A stretch of DNA of 64,000 bases from contig CAVSQW010000015.1 of assembly GCA_963730185.1 (NCBI GenBank), positions 608,001-672,000 on the forward strand. The letters run 5' to 3'. This document shows positions 51,218-64,000 of this stretch, piece by piece; the first letter of the stretch is position 1, and every line of letters starts with the position of its first letter. The translations under genes were made by a program, and so were the position numbers. The notes beneath the pieces were generated by a model that made no database searches, had not been told where the DNA came from, and was given only the letters and a program-made list of their open reading frames with translations. The stretch comes from an uncultured Gemmatimonadales bacterium. Lineage in GTDB: Bacteria > Gemmatimonadota > Gemmatimonadetes > Gemmatimonadales > GWC2-71-9.

Positions 51218-53881
51218 TCAGGGCTCGCCGAGGCCGGTGGTGTCCGCGGCGCGGCCGGTGGCGACCAGGATCCGGGCCAGGGCGGCCCGGGCACGAACCC
51301 GGCGGGGGTCGTTGGCCGGCAGGCTGGTAACCAATACCCGTCGGCTGGCCACCAGCAGCGACTCCGCCTCGGCGTAGCGACCCAGGTCGGCCAGCGACTC
51401 GCCCAGCAGGGCGCGGAGGTGCTGGAAGTCGAGCTGCTCCGGCGGAATCTGGCCGGTCCAGAGGGTGATCGCCCGCCGGAGCAGCGACTCCGCCGGCGCA
51501 GGTTCGTTCCGCTGGAGGTGGAGCAGGGCCAGTCCGCGGAGCACCGAACCGGTCGAGACCTCGCCCTCCGATCCGAGCCGGCCGTAGATGGCAAGGGCCT
51601 GCCGGTAGTAGCGCTCGGCGGCTGGCAGGTCGCCCTTGGTGAGCATCAGGTCGCCCAGGGTCCGGAGGTCGTAGGCGGTGTAGGGGTGGTTCTCGCCGGC
51701 GCCGCGATCGATCGCCAGGGCCCGTTGGAGATATCCCTCCGCTTCGTCCCACCGCTCCAACCGTCCCAGCAGGCGACCGAGGTTCACCAGCGAGGTTGAG
51801 ACTCTCGGGTTGTCGCGGCCGAAGGCCGCTTCGCTGACGGCCAGGCTCCGGCGGTACAGGGTTTCGGCCGGGGCGAGGTCGCCCTTGGCTTCGAGCAGGG
51901 CGGCGAGGTTGTTGGCGGTGAAGCCGGTGATCGGACTGTTCGGCCCGGACTCGGTCGTGCGGGTCGCCAGCGCCGCCCGGTAGAGCTTCTCCGCCTCGGC
52001 GGTCCGTCCCGCCGCCTGGAGCACGACCGCGAGGTTGTTCTGACTCTCGGCCGTCTCGAGGTGATGGAGACCGTGCCGTTCGGTCCGGATCGCCAGGGCC
52101 TGCCGGTGGAGCGACTCGGCCACGGCGAGGCGCCCGAACTCGTACTCGATCCATCCCAGGTCGTTGAGGCCGAGGGCCAGGGCGGTGTCGTTCGGGGCGA
52201 GGGTCGCCCGTTGAATGGTCACGGCCCGCCGCAGCTTGGCGAGCGCCGAGTCGTAGCGGCCCTGCTCGTAGTCGAGCTCCCCGGCCACCAGCAGGGTCCG
52301 GGCTACCTCGGGATCGTCCGGGCCCAGGGCCGTTTCGCGGAGGGTCAGGGCCCGGTCCAGGAGCCCCTTGGCCGAGTCGCTCTGGCCCAGCTTGATGTAG
52401 GCCTGGGCGATGGTGTTGAGCATGGTGGCCTGGAGGAGGGGCCGCCCGGCTAGGTCGCGGTCCAGGTCGCCCACGCCCCGGTCCAGGAGATCCTTGGCGG
52501 TGAGGGCCCGGCCGTCGGTTTCCTCCGGGTTGGCCAGGCGGAAGAGATTGGTGAGGAAGGTCGACACCGCCTCGGCCCGCTCAGCGGAGGCCACGGCGCG
52601 GTCCCGCTCCCGGGCCAGCCGGGCGCCCGAGAAGGCGATGCTCGCGCCGCCCACCGCCAGGGCGACGAGGGTCGCGGTCGCGGCCAGGCGATGGCGCCCG
52701 ACGAACTTCCCCACCCGATAGCCGACCGTGTCGGGGCGGGCCGCCACCGGCCGGCCCTCGAGGTGGCGGCCGAGATCGTCGGCGAAGTCGGCCACGGTCC
52801 GATACCGCCGCTCGGGCTCTTTCCGGAGCGCGGTCCGGAGGATCACGTCGAGGTCGCCGCTCAGGGTCCGCCGGAGTCTGTCGACGGTGGTCCGGCGGCG
52901 GGCGGCGAGGTCGGCCGGCGGCGGGGCATCTTCGGCGGGCTGGGTCACCGCCCGGCTGGGCGCGATCGACTCGGCCTCGACCACCGCCCGCTCGAGGTGG
53001 CGGAGGTCGTGCCGGGCGCCGGGGTAGGGAAGCCGGCCGGTCAGGAGCTCGTAGCAGACCACCCCCAGGGAGTAGACGTCGGTCCCGGCGGAGACGGCGT
53101 TGCCCAGGATCTGCTCGGGACTCGCGTACGCTGGCGTCAGGAGCCGGACGGCCGTCCGGGTCACGGCCGGGTCGACGTCCGGGTCGGCGGCCAGCAGCTT
53201 GGCGATCCCGAAGTCGAGCAGCTTGGGGGTGCCGTCCGCGGTGACCAGGATGTTGCTGGGCTTGAGGTCGCGGTGGATGACCAGGTTGCGGTTGGCGTGC
53301 TGGACCGCGTCGGCCACCCGCCTCACCAGAGCCAGCCGGGCCGGCACGTCGAGCCGGTGCAGGTCCGCATACCGGTCGATCGGGAGCCCGTCGACGTACT
53401 CCATCACGAAGTAGGGCGTGCCCTCGTCGGTGGTGCCGCCGTCGAGCAGCATCGCGATGTTCGGATGGGCCAGGCGGGCCAGGATCTGCCGCTCGGCTCT
53501 GAGCCGGCGGGGGAGGTCGGGGCGGAGCTCGGCGTCGCGCACCACCTTGAGGGCCACCTGCTGCCGAAACTCGTCGTCGGCCCGCTCGGCGAGGAACACC
53601 GCGCCCATGCCGCCTCGCCCGATCTCGCGCACCACCCGATACCGGCCGACCCGGGCGCCGGGGCCGAGCGGTGGCGCCCCGCGGGTGGCGGTCGCGCCCG
53701 AGATGGCGCCGTCGATGAACTGGCCGGCCTGGTCGGCCGCCTGGAGGAGCGATTCGAGGTCGTCGCGGAGGGTGGGGTCGTCGAGGGAGAGCGAATCGAG
53801 GTACGACGAGCGCTGGGCGGGGTCGAGCGAGCTGGCCTGCTCGAACAGGTCCTGCATCCGCTGCCAGCGAACCGGGTCCAT
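51218..53881 (-). CDS. Hanks-type Ser/Thr protein kinase with TM segment and C-terminal TPR repeats
   Basis: IGRGGMGAVF, VALK, IHRDLKPSNIL, LLDFGIAK, TPAYASPEQ, DVYSLG; TM; TPR repeats; ATG overlaps the sigma stop (TAATG). Confidence 0.95.
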   Translation of the reverse strand: MDPVRWQRMQDLFEQASSLDPAQRSSYLDSLSLDDPTLRDDLESLLQAADQAGQFIDGAISGATATRGAPPLGPGARVGRYRVVREIGRGGMGAVFLAERADDEFRQQVALKVVRDAELRPDLPRRLRAERQILARLAHPNIAMLLDGGTTDEGTPYFVMEYVDGLPIDRYADLHRLDVPARLALVRRVADAVQHANRNLVIHRDLKPSNILVTADGTPKLLDFGIAKLLAADPDVDPAVTRTAVRLLTPAYASPEQILGNAVSAGTDVYSLGVVCYELLTGRLPYPGARHDLRHLERAVVEAESIAPSRAVTQPAEDAPPPADLAARRRTTVDRLRRTLSGDLDVILRTALRKEPERRYRTVADFADDLGRHLEGRPVAARPDTVGYRVGKFVGRHRLAATATLVALAVGGASIAFSGARLARERDRAVASAERAEAVSTFLTNLFRLANPEETDGRALTAKDLLDRGVGDLDRDLAGRPLLQATMLNTIAQAYIKLGQSDSAKGLLDRALTLRETALGPDDPEVARTLLVAGELDYEQGRYDSALAKLRRAVTIQRATLAPNDTALALGLNDLGWIEYEFGRLAVAESLHRQALAIRTERHGLHHLETAESQNNLAVVLQAAGRTAEAEKLYRAALATRTTESGPNSPITGFTANNLAALLEAKGDLAPAETLYRRSLAVSEAAFGRDNPRVSTSLVNLGRLLGRLERWDEAEGYLQRALAIDRGAGENHPYTAYDLRTLGDLMLTKGDLPAAERYYRQALAIYGRLGSEGEVSTGSVLRGLALLHLQRNEPAPAESLLRRAITLWTGQIPPEQLDFQHLRALLGESLADLGRYAEAESLLVASRRVLVTSLPANDPRRVRARAALARILVATGRAADTTGLGEP

Positions 53882-54450
53882 TACCTGTCCTGGGCGAGCT
53901 CGCGATAGAGCCAGGCCTTGGCGAAGCGCAGGTCCCGGTCCACGGTGGCCGGCGAGATCGTTAGCGCCTCGGCGATCTCGTCGTAGGTGAGCCCGCCGAA
54001 ATAATGCAGCTCCACCACCTTGGCTTTCCGCTCGTCGAGCTGGTTCAATCGCTCGAGCGCCTCGTCGAGCTCGACCAGGCCGGAGGAGGTGTCCGGCGTC
54101 ACCGCGATCGACTCCTCCAGAGTGAGCGCCGCCTGCCCGCCACCCCGCTTCTGCCGCCCGCGGGCCTTGGCGTGGTCGACCAGAATCCGCCGCATCTGGC
54201 GCGCGGCCACCGCGAAGAAGTGGCTGCGGTCCTCCCAGGGCACGTCCGCCTGCACCAGCCGAGCGTACGCTTCGTGGACCAGCGCGGTGGCCTGAAGGGT
54301 ATGGTCCTCGCGCTCGCCCCGCATCAGCCGGGCGGCGATCTGGTGGAGCTCGCCATAGACGAGCGGGACCATCTGGTCGAGCGCGTCCTGATCGCCCTTC
54401 CGCCACTTGAGCAGGAGGCTCGTGACGTCCTGGTGAGGCGCCAAGTTCAC
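53881..54450 (-). CDS. ECF sigma factor, TIGR02999/ECF43 type
   Basis: VTSLL..WR.GD..ALD...PLVY.EL, HTLQATALVHEAY, HFFAVAARQMRRILVDHA, VELHYFGGLT..EIA, RDLRFAKAWL. Confidence 0.93.
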   Translation of the reverse strand: MNLAPHQDVTSLLLKWRKGDQDALDQMVPLVYGELHQIAARLMRGEREDHTLQATALVHEAYARLVQADVPWEDRSHFFAVAARQMRRILVDHAKARGRQKRGGGQAALTLEESIAVTPDTSSGLVELDEALERLNQLDERKAKVVELHYFGGLTYDEIAEALTISPATVDRDLRFAKAWLYRELAQDR

Positions 54451-54533
54451 CGACCGGAGTGGAAGTTCCCGGGAGTGTAAGGCGAGCCGAAGGGGTCCGC
54501 AATGGCTCCTGGGCAGGGTGAAAGGGGCTCCGC

Positions 54534-54562
54534 TTGCCCGCGCCGTGCCGGGGTCCTATTTT
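54534..54562 (+). promoter_or_regulatory. Sigma70-like promoter upstream of rseP
   Basis: TTGCCC-17 nt-TATTTT. Confidence 0.5.
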
Positions 54563-54591
54563 GCGGTCCGACTTGGACTTACGAGGGTTCT

Positions 54592-55968
54592 TTGGGCGGT
54601 GCCGGTCTGACCATAGTGGCCACGGTCGTCGTGATCGGCGTCCTGGTGTTCGTGCATGAGCTGGGACACTTCGTGGCGGCCAAGGCCGCCGGGATCTACG
54701 TCCACCGCTTTTCGCTGGGCCTCGGCGCGCCGATCCGCTGGCTGAGCTTCCGCCGGGGCGAAACCGAGTACTCCGTCTCCTGGATTCCGCTCGGCGGGTA
54801 CGTCAAGATGGCGAGCCGCCTGGAAGATCCCTCCAGCGCCGTGCTGGAAGGCGCCGCCGAGGGCGTGGCGGTTCCCGAGGATCGATTCTTCGAGAGCAAG
54901 CCGGTGTGGGTCCGGATGATCGTCATCCTCGCCGGGGTGACGATGAACGTGCTCTTCGCCTGGGCCATCTTCACCGGGGTGCTCTACCTCGGCGGACTCC
55001 CGGTCTCGCCGCTGACCCCACTGGCTGCCGTCGACACCACCGGGCTCCCGTCTGGCGCCCGGGCCCTCGCCGCGGTGCAGCCGGGCGACGAGATCACGGC
55101 CGTGAACGGCGCCTCGGTCGCGACCTGGGAGGCGTTCCAGCGCGCGGTCCTCGACGCCCCCGGCGACACGGTGCGGGTCGACTTCCGTCGGGCCGGCGGG
55201 GTTGCCCTGGTGCTGCCGAGCCATGACCTCGACGGACGGCGGGCCGTCCTTCGCGCCGTGGGACCCGATCTGCCGGCCGTCATCCTGGGCGTGATTCCCG
55301 GCCGACCGGGCGCCCAGGCCGGCCTCGCCGCCGGCGACACCGTCCTGGCCCTGGCCGGTGCCCCGGTGGCTCACTGGAGCGACATGGTCGACGTGATCTC
55401 CGCGAACGCGGGGAAGGAGGTCGACGTCCTAGTTGGCCGGGCCGGCGGCCGGCAGACCCTTCACGCCACGCCGGCGCCGGAGTCGCTCGCCGACTCCAAC
55501 GGCGTGGTCCATACCGTCGGCCGGCTCGGGATCGCGGGCCCGCTCTACCCGGAGGCGCGGGAGCCGATCGGTCTGGGGGCCGCCACGGGGCGGGGGCTCC
55601 GGCTCACCAGCGCCATGGCCACCACGATCGTCTCGGTCGTGAAGGGCATGTTCGCGGGCCAGGTGTCCACCCGCGAGCTGGGCGGTCCGATCTCGATCGG
55701 GATGCAGGCTGGCCAGAGCGCGCGCCTGGGGGCCGAGTCGTACCTGACCTTCATGGCGATGATCTCGGTCAACCTGGCCGTGCTGAATCTCCTCCCGATT
55801 CCGCTGCTGGATGGGGGACAGTTCCTCTTCCTGCTGGCCGAGGGCGTGACCCGACGGCCGGTCACGGGCCGGATCCGCGAATGGCTCACGGTGGCCGGGC
55901 TCGTGGCGATCGTCCTCCTGATGCTGCTGGCCTTCTCGAACGACATCCGCCGCCTGCTCGGCCTGTGA
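54592..55968 (+). CDS. rseP: RIP metalloprotease RseP (start uncertain)
   Basis: [15 protein letters not shown], two PDZ domains, [11 protein letters not shown]. Confidence 0.95.
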   Translation: MGGAGLTIVATVVVIGVLVFVHELGHFVAAKAAGIYVHRFSLGLGAPIRWLSFRRGETEYSVSWIPLGGYVKMASRLEDPSSAVLEGAAEGVAVPEDRFFESKPVWVRMIVILAGVTMNVLFAWAIFTGVLYLGGLPVSPLTPLAAVDTTGLPSGARALAAVQPGDEITAVNGASVATWEAFQRAVLDAPGDTVRVDFRRAGGVALVLPSHDLDGRRAVLRAVGPDLPAVILGVIPGRPGAQAGLAAGDTVLALAGAPVAHWSDMVDVISANAGKEVDVLVGRAGGRQTLHATPAPESLADSNGVVHTVGRLGIAGPLYPEAREPIGLGAATGRGLRLTSAMATTIVSVVKGMFAGQVSTRELGGPISIGMQAGQSARLGAESYLTFMAMISVNLAVLNLLPIPLLDGGQFLFLLAEGVTRRPVTGRIREWLTVAGLVAIVLLMLLAFSNDIRRLLGL

Positions 55969-57413
55969 GCCGGGCGGTGAACCAACCTCAGGAAGCACTC
56001 CGCCGCCGGCTTCGGCGCGAATGGCTCCGGGCCCTCCGCCGGCTCCGCCGGCCGGGTCCGGGCGACGACGCCTTTACCCTGGCGCTGGCCGTGGCGATCG
56101 GGGTCCTGGGTGCCGGCGGCGTGGTGGTGTTCTACAAGTCGATCGAGTGGGCGTACCGAGCCCTGGTGGAGTGGCCGCTCCACTACCTCCCCAAGACCGG
56201 CGGGTGGGCCTACCGGCCGGTGCTGACCGGGGTCGGGCTGTCGGTCGCCTACTGGGTGATGAAGCGCCTGGGCGACGGCTACGACGGGCTCAACGTGCCG
56301 GACGTGGCACTCGCGGTCGCGACCAGGAAGGGCGATCTCCCCACCAAAGCCGCGGTGGCCAAGACGGCGGCGAGCGCGATCACCATCGGGTGCGGCGGAT
56401 CGGCCGGGAGCGAGGGGCCGGTCGCCGTATTCGGCGCCGCGATCGCCTCCCGGATCGGGAAGGCCCTCTATCTCCGCCCCTCGAAGCGCCGGCTCCTGGT
56501 CGGGGCCGGCGCGGCGGCGGGGATCTCGGCCGCGTTCAACGCGCCCCTCACGGGGGCGTTCTTCGCGCTGGAGGAGATCCTCAAGTCGTTCGCGACCGGG
56601 GCGTTCGCGCCGGTGGTGGTCGCGAGCGTGGTGGCCGCGGTGTGCTCGCGGGCGGTGTTCGGGAACCATCCGGCCTTTCCGATCTCGACCGAATACGGCT
56701 TCACCTTCTACCGCGAGATCTTCGTCTTCTTCCCGCTGCTCGGCATTCTGGCGGGGCTGGTCTCGGCCCTGTTCGTGAAGGTGGAGGACCGGATCGCCGC
56801 CGCCCGGTGGCGGCGGGCCACCCCGTCGCTGCTGCTCCCGGTCCTGGGTGGGGTCACGGTCGGGGCCATCGCGGCGATGTCGGGCGGCCTCCTGACCACC
56901 AGGGGGCACGTGGAGATTCACCTGGACGTGTTCCGGCAGCTGCCCTGGTTCGTGCTGGCGGCGCTGGCCATCGGGAAGATCATCGCCACGGCCATCACCC
57001 TGAACACCGGCGGGTCGGGCGGGGTCTTCACCCCATCGCTGTTCGTGGGCGCCTCGCTGGGGGCGTCGGTCGGGGTCGGGCTGGAGCGCCTCTTTCCGGC
57101 CCTGCCGCTCTCGGCCGAGGCGTACACCATCGTGGGGATGGGGGCGGTGGTGGCGGCGGCCACGGGGGCCCCGATCACCGGGATCCTCCTGGTGTTCGAG
57201 ATCACCAACGACTATGCCATCATGCTCCCGCTGATGATGGCGACCGTGATCGCGGTCCTGGTGGCCCGGATGGTCCATCGGGACACCCTCTATTCGAGCT
57301 GGCTTCGGCGGACCGGGCGGCCGATGGTCAAGGCCGATCCGAGTCTCGGGGCGACGGGGTCGTACCCGGTGTCCAGGAGGGCGGCCGAGGGGGCTGGGGA
57401 CGGGGGAACTTGA
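55965..57413 (+). CDS. CLC-family anion channel/antiporter
   Basis: [57 protein letters not shown]. Confidence 0.92.
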   Translation: MSRAVNQPQEALRRRLRREWLRALRRLRRPGPGDDAFTLALAVAIGVLGAGGVVVFYKSIEWAYRALVEWPLHYLPKTGGWAYRPVLTGVGLSVAYWVMKRLGDGYDGLNVPDVALAVATRKGDLPTKAAVAKTAASAITIGCGGSAGSEGPVAVFGAAIASRIGKALYLRPSKRRLLVGAGAAAGISAAFNAPLTGAFFALEEILKSFATGAFAPVVVASVVAAVCSRAVFGNHPAFPISTEYGFTFYREIFVFFPLLGILAGLVSALFVKVEDRIAAARWRRATPSLLLPVLGGVTVGAIAAMSGGLLTTRGHVEIHLDVFRQLPWFVLAALAIGKIIATAITLNTGGSGGVFTPSLFVGASLGASVGVGLERLFPALPLSAEAYTIVGMGAVVAAATGAPITGILLVFEITNDYAIMLPLMMATVIAVLVARMVHRDTLYSSWLRRTGRPMVKADPSLGATGSYPVSRRAAEGAGDGGT

Positions 57414-57439
57414 TCGATCGACGGTTCAGGCGTTATATT
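57410..57439 (+). promoter_or_regulatory. Sigma70-like promoter of rpsO
   Basis: TTGATC-18 nt-TATATT, followed by a leader hairpin (gacgccccggcttcggggtc). Confidence 0.65.
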
Positions 57440-57505
57440 GCTGGGCTACAAACACTTAGGTTTACGGAACGACGCCCCGGGCTTCGGGGTCAAGGACGAG
57501 AGAAC

Positions 57506-57766
57506 ATGGGGTACGACAAGCAGGGGACGATGCTCAAGCACCGGGTGCACGACACCGACACGGGGTCGGCCAAGGTGCAGGTGGCGATGCTCACCGAGCG
57601 GATCAACTCCCTCACCGATCACTTCAAGGCCCATTCGAAAGATCATCACAGCCGACGCGGGCTGTTGAAGATGGTGGGTCGGCGACGGCGCCTGCTGACC
57701 TACCTGCGAAACAGCGACCTGTCGACCTACCGTGCCCTGATCCAGGAGCTCGGCCTCCGGCACTAG
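57506..57766 (+). CDS. rpsO: 30S ribosomal protein S15
   Basis: [50 protein letters not shown]. Confidence 0.97.
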   Translation: MGYDKQGTMLKHRVHDTDTGSAKVQVAMLTERINSLTDHFKAHSKDHHSRRGLLKMVGRRRRLLTYLRNSDLSTYRALIQELGLRH

Positions 57767-57772
57767 TGCTCC

Positions 57773-57818
57773 ATGCGCGCGAGGGCGCCCCGTTTCCTTC
57801 GGGGCGCCCTCGGCGCAT
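57773..57818 (+). other. Long GC hairpin between rpsO and pnp
   Basis: cgagggcgccccg-tttcctt-cggggcgccctcg with flanking atgcgc/gcgcat. Confidence 0.55.
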
Positions 57819-57853
57819 TGGGCCCTGGTCCGCACGCCTTTTGGGAGAACACC

Positions 57854-59935
<2,082 letters not shown>

Positions 59936-59938
59936 TCG

Positions 59939-61186
59939 GTGGTCAGGGATCGACTGGACGATCGGCTCGACCGGACGGTCGCACCGAACGGGCTGACCGT
60001 GCTCACCGAGGAGCTGCCCGGGCTTCGCTCGGCTGCGGTGGGCATTTGGGTCCGTTCGGCGAGCGCCCACGAGGCCCGCGACCGGATGGGGGCGGCGCAC
60101 CTGCTCGAGCACCTGGTGTTCAAGGGCACCGAGCGCCGCCCGGCCCGCGACATCGCCCGGGAGCTCGAGGTCCGGGGCGGCGCGCTCGACGCCTACACCT
60201 CCCGGGACCAGACCAGCTACCAGGCCCACGTTCTCGACGTGGATCTCCCCCTCGCCATCGATATCCTCACCGACCTGGTGCGCCGGCCGCTGCTTCGGGA
60301 GAGCGACCTCGAGCTGGAGCGAAACGTGGTGCTGGAAGAGATCAAGTCGGTCGAGGACACCCCCGACGACCTGGTCTTCGAGCTCCACGCCCGCGCGCTC
60401 TGGCCCGAGCACCCCTACGGCTACTCCATTCTCGGGACCCCCGAGACGGTACGGTCCCTCTCGGCCGATGCCCTCCGGGCGGCCCACACCGAGGGCTACT
60501 ATCCCGGCAACTGCGTCATCGCGGCCGCCGGACAGGTGGACCACGATCGGGTGCTCGAGACGCTGGCGAAGGAGGGCTGGTTCGCGACGGACGATCGCCG
60601 CCCGCCGACGCCGCCGGTCGCGGCTGAGCCGGCGGCGCGGGGGACGGAGCAGGTGGTGGCCCGCGAAACGGCCCAGAGCCATCTGGTGTTCGGGACCGAC
60701 ACCTTCGAGGCCTGCGACCCGCGCCGGTACGCCCTGGCCATCATCACCAACGTGCTTGGCGGCGGGATGTCGAGCCGGCTGTTCCAGCGGATCCGGGAGG
60801 AGCTGGGTCTCGCGTACACGGTGTACGCCTACCAGCACTTCTACCGGGCGACGGGGTTGATCGGGGTGTACGTGGGCACCCAGCCCGGGACCGCCGCCCA
60901 GGCGCTCGACGCGGTTCGGGGCGAGCTGGCCCGGCTGGCCGAGTCGGGGCTCACGGAGGAGGAGCTGGCGGGCGGGCGGCAACAGCTCAAGGGGCAGCTG
61001 CTGCTGGCCCTGGAGAACCCCCTCAGCCGGATGCACCGACTGGCGGGGTTCGTGCTCAACGACGATCGTTATCGTCCGCTCGACGAGGTCGAGGCGACGG
61101 TCGATCGGGTGACCCGGGACGACGTGGCTGCGCTGGCGGCCGAGTTCTTCCGGCCCGAGCGACAGGCGCTGGTGCGGTTGGGATAG
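59939..61186 (+). CDS. M16-family zinc peptidase
   Basis: AHLLEHLVFKGT (HxxEH), GGGMSSRLFQRIREELGLAY. Confidence 0.94.
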   Translation: MVRDRLDDRLDRTVAPNGLTVLTEELPGLRSAAVGIWVRSASAHEARDRMGAAHLLEHLVFKGTERRPARDIARELEVRGGALDAYTSRDQTSYQAHVLDVDLPLAIDILTDLVRRPLLRESDLELERNVVLEEIKSVEDTPDDLVFELHARALWPEHPYGYSILGTPETVRSLSADALRAAHTEGYYPGNCVIAAAGQVDHDRVLETLAKEGWFATDDRRPPTPPVAAEPAARGTEQVVARETAQSHLVFGTDTFEACDPRRYALAIITNVLGGGMSSRLFQRIREELGLAYTVYAYQHFYRATGLIGVYVGTQPGTAAQALDAVRGELARLAESGLTEEELAGGRQQLKGQLLLALENPLSRMHRLAGFVLNDDRYRPLDEVEATVDRVTRDDVAALAAEFFRPERQALVRLG

Positions 61187-61225
61187 AACTACGGGCAGGA
61201 CGCCCATCTCTCGAGGAATCGAACG

Positions 61226-62338
61226 ATGATCATTGGCGTGCCGAAGGAGATCAAGACCAACGAGAACCGGGTGGCCCTGGTGCCGGCCGGCGCGCTGGTC
61301 CTATCCGAGTCGGGGCACACGGTCTACGTGGAGCAGGACGCCGGCCAGGGAAGCGGCTTCCCCGACGAGGCGTTCGTGGAGGCGGGCGCGAAGATCCTCC
61401 CCACCGCCAAGGAGATTTGGGCCAAGGCGGAGATGATCATGAAGGTCAAGGAGCCGATCCAGCCTGAATGGCCTCACATGCGGGCCGGACAGCTGATCTA
61501 CACCTACTTCCATTTCGCCGCGGCGGAGGAGCTGACCCGAGCGGTGATCGACTCGAAGGCGGTGGCGGTGGCCTACGAGACGGTCCAGCTGAAAGACGGC
61601 GAGCTGCCGCTCCTCACCCCGATGTCGGAGGTGGCCGGCCGGATGGCGGTGCAGGAGGGGGCCAAGTACCTCGAGAAGCTGTACGGGGGCCGGGGGGTCC
61701 TGCTCGGCGGCGTTCCCGGGGTGGCCCCGGCCGACGTGGCGATCATCGGCGGCGGGGTCGTGGGGATCAATGCGGCCAAGATGGCGGCCGGCATGGGGGC
61801 CAACGTCACCATCTTGGACCTGTCGCTCGAGCGGCTCCGGTACCTCGACGACGTCCTCCCGGCCAACGTCACCACCCTCTACTCCAACCGGCACAACATC
61901 CTGGGCGCCATCGCCCGGGCCGACCTGGTGGTCGGGGCGGTCCTCCTGCCCGGCGCCAAGGCCCCCCGGTTGATCCGGCGCGAGGATCTCAAACTGATGA
62001 AGCAGGGCGCCGTGATCGTGGACGTGGCGGTCGACCAGGGCGGCTGCGTGGAGACCATCAAGCCGACCACCCACGAGAACCCGATCTACTTCGTCGACGG
62101 GGTCCTGCACTACGCGGTGGCGAACATGCCGGGCGGGGTGCCCCGGACCTCGACCCTGGCGCTGACCAACGCCACGCTCTCCTACGCCCGGACCCTGGCC
62201 AAGCTGGGCTGGCAGGAGGCCTGCCGCCGGGACGAGTCGCTCCGCCTGGGGCTCAACGTGGTCGAGGGCAAGGTGGTCTATCCGGGGGTGGCGGAGGCGT
62301 TCGGCCTGCCGCTGGTTGACGTCGCGTCGGTTCTTTGA
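61226..62338 (+). CDS. ald: Alanine dehydrogenase
   Basis: [46 protein letters not shown]. Confidence 0.96.
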   Translation: MIIGVPKEIKTNENRVALVPAGALVLSESGHTVYVEQDAGQGSGFPDEAFVEAGAKILPTAKEIWAKAEMIMKVKEPIQPEWPHMRAGQLIYTYFHFAAAEELTRAVIDSKAVAVAYETVQLKDGELPLLTPMSEVAGRMAVQEGAKYLEKLYGGRGVLLGGVPGVAPADVAIIGGGVVGINAAKMAAGMGANVTILDLSLERLRYLDDVLPANVTTLYSNRHNILGAIARADLVVGAVLLPGAKAPRLIRREDLKLMKQGAVIVDVAVDQGGCVETIKPTTHENPIYFVDGVLHYAVANMPGGVPRTSTLALTNATLSYARTLAKLGWQEACRRDESLRLGLNVVEGKVVYPGVAEAFGLPLVDVASVL

Positions 62339-62342
62339 CGCC

Positions 62343-62777
62343 GTGGTCACCATCCAGATCCAGCGGCTGCCCCACGGCGAGGGGCTGCCCCTGCCGGCCC
62401 AGCAAACCGTCGGGTCGGCCGGCTCGGACATCGCCAGCGCGGAGGAGGCCGAGCTCCAGCCGATGGAGCGGCGGCTCTTCGCGACCGGCTTCGCGGTCGC
62501 CATTCCGGCCGGGCACGAGGTCCAGATCCGCCCCCGCTCGGGCCTCGCCATCAAGCACGGCATCACCCTGCCCAATACCCCGGCGACCATCGACAGCGAC
62601 TACCGGGGGGAGCTCAAGGTCGGGTTGATCAACCTGGGGGCGGAGCCGTTCCGGGTGAGCCGGGGGATGCGGATCGCTCAGCTGGTGGTGGCCCGGGTGG
62701 AAGCCGTGCAATTCGAAACTGTCGAAACGTTACCTGCTTCGGAACGCGGAGAGGGCGGCTTCGGAAGCACGGGCTGA
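62343..62777 (+). CDS. dut: dUTP diphosphatase
   Basis: [36 protein letters not shown]. Confidence 0.95.
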   Translation: MVTIQIQRLPHGEGLPLPAQQTVGSAGSDIASAEEAELQPMERRLFATGFAVAIPAGHEVQIRPRSGLAIKHGITLPNTPATIDSDYRGELKVGLINLGAEPFRVSRGMRIAQLVVARVEAVQFETVETLPASERGEGGFGSTG

Positions 62778-62871
62778 AGGCCTGCCGGGCCGCCGGCCGG
62801 GCGACCGTCCGCCTTGTCGATGTTCTTGTGCGCCATTACGTTAGGTCACGCCCGGGGGGCGGTCTCAAACC

Positions 62872-63909
62872 ATGAAGTTTCCGTTCTTCAAATTCGACTC
62901 GCTCATTCCCGCGAACGAGATTGCGGTCGATCTCGGCACGGCCAACACCCTCATTTACGTCAAGGGTGAAGGCATCGTGCTGAACGAGCCGTCGGTCGTG
63001 GCGATCGATCGCTCGAGCGGCGAGCCGAAGGCGTACGGCCTCGACGCGAAGCGGATGCTGGGCCGGACGCCCGAGGGGATCATCGCGGTCCGGCCGCTCA
63101 AGGACGGCGTGATCGCCGACTTCGAAGTCACCGAGAAGATGCTCCGGCATTTTCTCAAGACGATCATCGACAAGCATGTCTTCCGGGTCAAGCCGAAGGT
63201 GATCGTCTGCGTGCCGAGCGGGATCACCGAGGTGGAACGGCGGGCGGTGCGCGATTCGGCCGAGACCGCGGGGGCCAAGGAAGTGTGGATGGTGGCCGAG
63301 CCGATGGCCGCCGCGATCGGGGTAGGCCTTCCGGTCGAGACGCCCACCGGCAACATGGTGATCGACATCGGCGGCGGGACCACCGAGATCGCGGTCATCG
63401 CCCTGTCGGGGATCGTCTGCGACACCTCGATCCGCACCGGGGGCGACGAGCTGGACCAGGCGATCGTCCAGTTCATGCGGAAGAACTACAACCTCCTCGT
63501 GGGCGAGCCCACCGCGGAGGCGATCAAGATCAAGATCGGCTCGGCTTTCCCGACCGGCGACGAGCGCGAGATGGAGGTGAAGGGCCGAGATCTCGTGTCC
63601 GGCATCCCGAAGACGGTGCGGGTTCACTCGACCGAAGTGCGCGAAGCGGTGCAGGAGCCGATCCAGCAGGTGGTGGACGCCGTCCGGCGCGCGCTCGAGA
63701 TCACGCCCCCGGAGCTGGCGAGCGATATCGTGGACCGGGGGATCGTGATGACCGGCGGCGGCGCCTTGATTCGAGGGCTCGACCTGCTCCTGGCCCAGGA
63801 GACCGGCCTCCCGATCCACGTCGACGAAGATCCGCTGACCTGTGTGGTTCGGGGGACCGGGCGGATCCTCGACGAGTACGACAAGTATCGCAACGTGCTG
63901 ACGAGATGA
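62872..63909 (+). CDS. mreB: Rod shape-determining protein MreB
   Basis: [38 protein letters not shown]. Confidence 0.98.
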   Translation: MKFPFFKFDSLIPANEIAVDLGTANTLIYVKGEGIVLNEPSVVAIDRSSGEPKAYGLDAKRMLGRTPEGIIAVRPLKDGVIADFEVTEKMLRHFLKTIIDKHVFRVKPKVIVCVPSGITEVERRAVRDSAETAGAKEVWMVAEPMAAAIGVGLPVETPTGNMVIDIGGGTTEIAVIALSGIVCDTSIRTGGDELDQAIVQFMRKNYNLLVGEPTAEAIKIKIGSAFPTGDEREMEVKGRDLVSGIPKTVRVHSTEVREAVQEPIQQVVDAVRRALEITPPELASDIVDRGIVMTGGGALIRGLDLLLAQETGLPIHVDEDPLTCVVRGTGRILDEYDKYRNVLTR

Positions 63910-63910
63910 G

Positions 63911-64000
63911 ATGAGCCCGGGCCTGGGCCGCGCGATCTCCCGGAGCGACACGCTCCTGCTGTCGATCTGTCTTCTGCTGTCGCTCGGGGCCCTGCTCATG
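63911..64000 (+). CDS. mreC: Probable MreC N-terminus (partial, runs off the window)
   Basis: ATG directly after mreB; MSPGLGRAISRSDTLLLSICLLLSLGALLM TM start; assigned by synteny only. Confidence 0.65.
   Translation, partial: MSPGLGRAISRSDTLLLSICLLLSLGALLM

Noticed and set aside
51218..54502. Single 1094-aa sigma-kinase fusion suggested by the ORF track
   Set aside because: The upstream extension is a different frame overlapping the sigma gene; the kinase starts at ATG 53881, coupled to the sigma stop

Overview
High-GC bacterial chromosomal segment, most consistent with a Gemmatimonadota-like organism (inferred from gene order and families such as the PadR/duplicated orphan permease pair and the ECF/Ser-Thr kinase pair). 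The backbone is housekeeping: rplT-pheST-zapA-rny-folD, xseAB-ispA-dxs-nadK-recN, tRNA-Leu(UAA), aroA-cmk, rpsA, acyl-CoA carboxylase genes, rplM-rpsI-rpsB-tsf-pyrH-frr-uppS-cdsA-dxr, rseP-clc, rpsO-pnp-M16 peptidase-ald-dut-mreB-mreC. Small accessory cassettes interrupt this backbone, and I saw no integrase, transposase or CRISPR array. Most notable observations: (1) an AhpD/CMD-family peroxidase-like gene split by an in-frame TGA in a C-x-x-U motif and followed by a SECIS-like hairpin, so probably a selenoprotein that the ORF track splits in two; (2) a two-gene module in which a putative Cys-His enzyme is followed by a stand-alone copy of its own N-terminal domain; (3) a 58-aa stand-alone copy of the N-terminal domain of an ECF43-type sigma-associated Ser/Thr kinase; (4) a family of heptamer/pentamer C-rich repeats and long palindromes, some of which supply stop codons or bracket accessory genes; (5) an ECF-FecR-CAAX protease-reductive dehalogenase-like cassette. 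A cluster of indels in dxs/nadK/recN looks like sequencing error.
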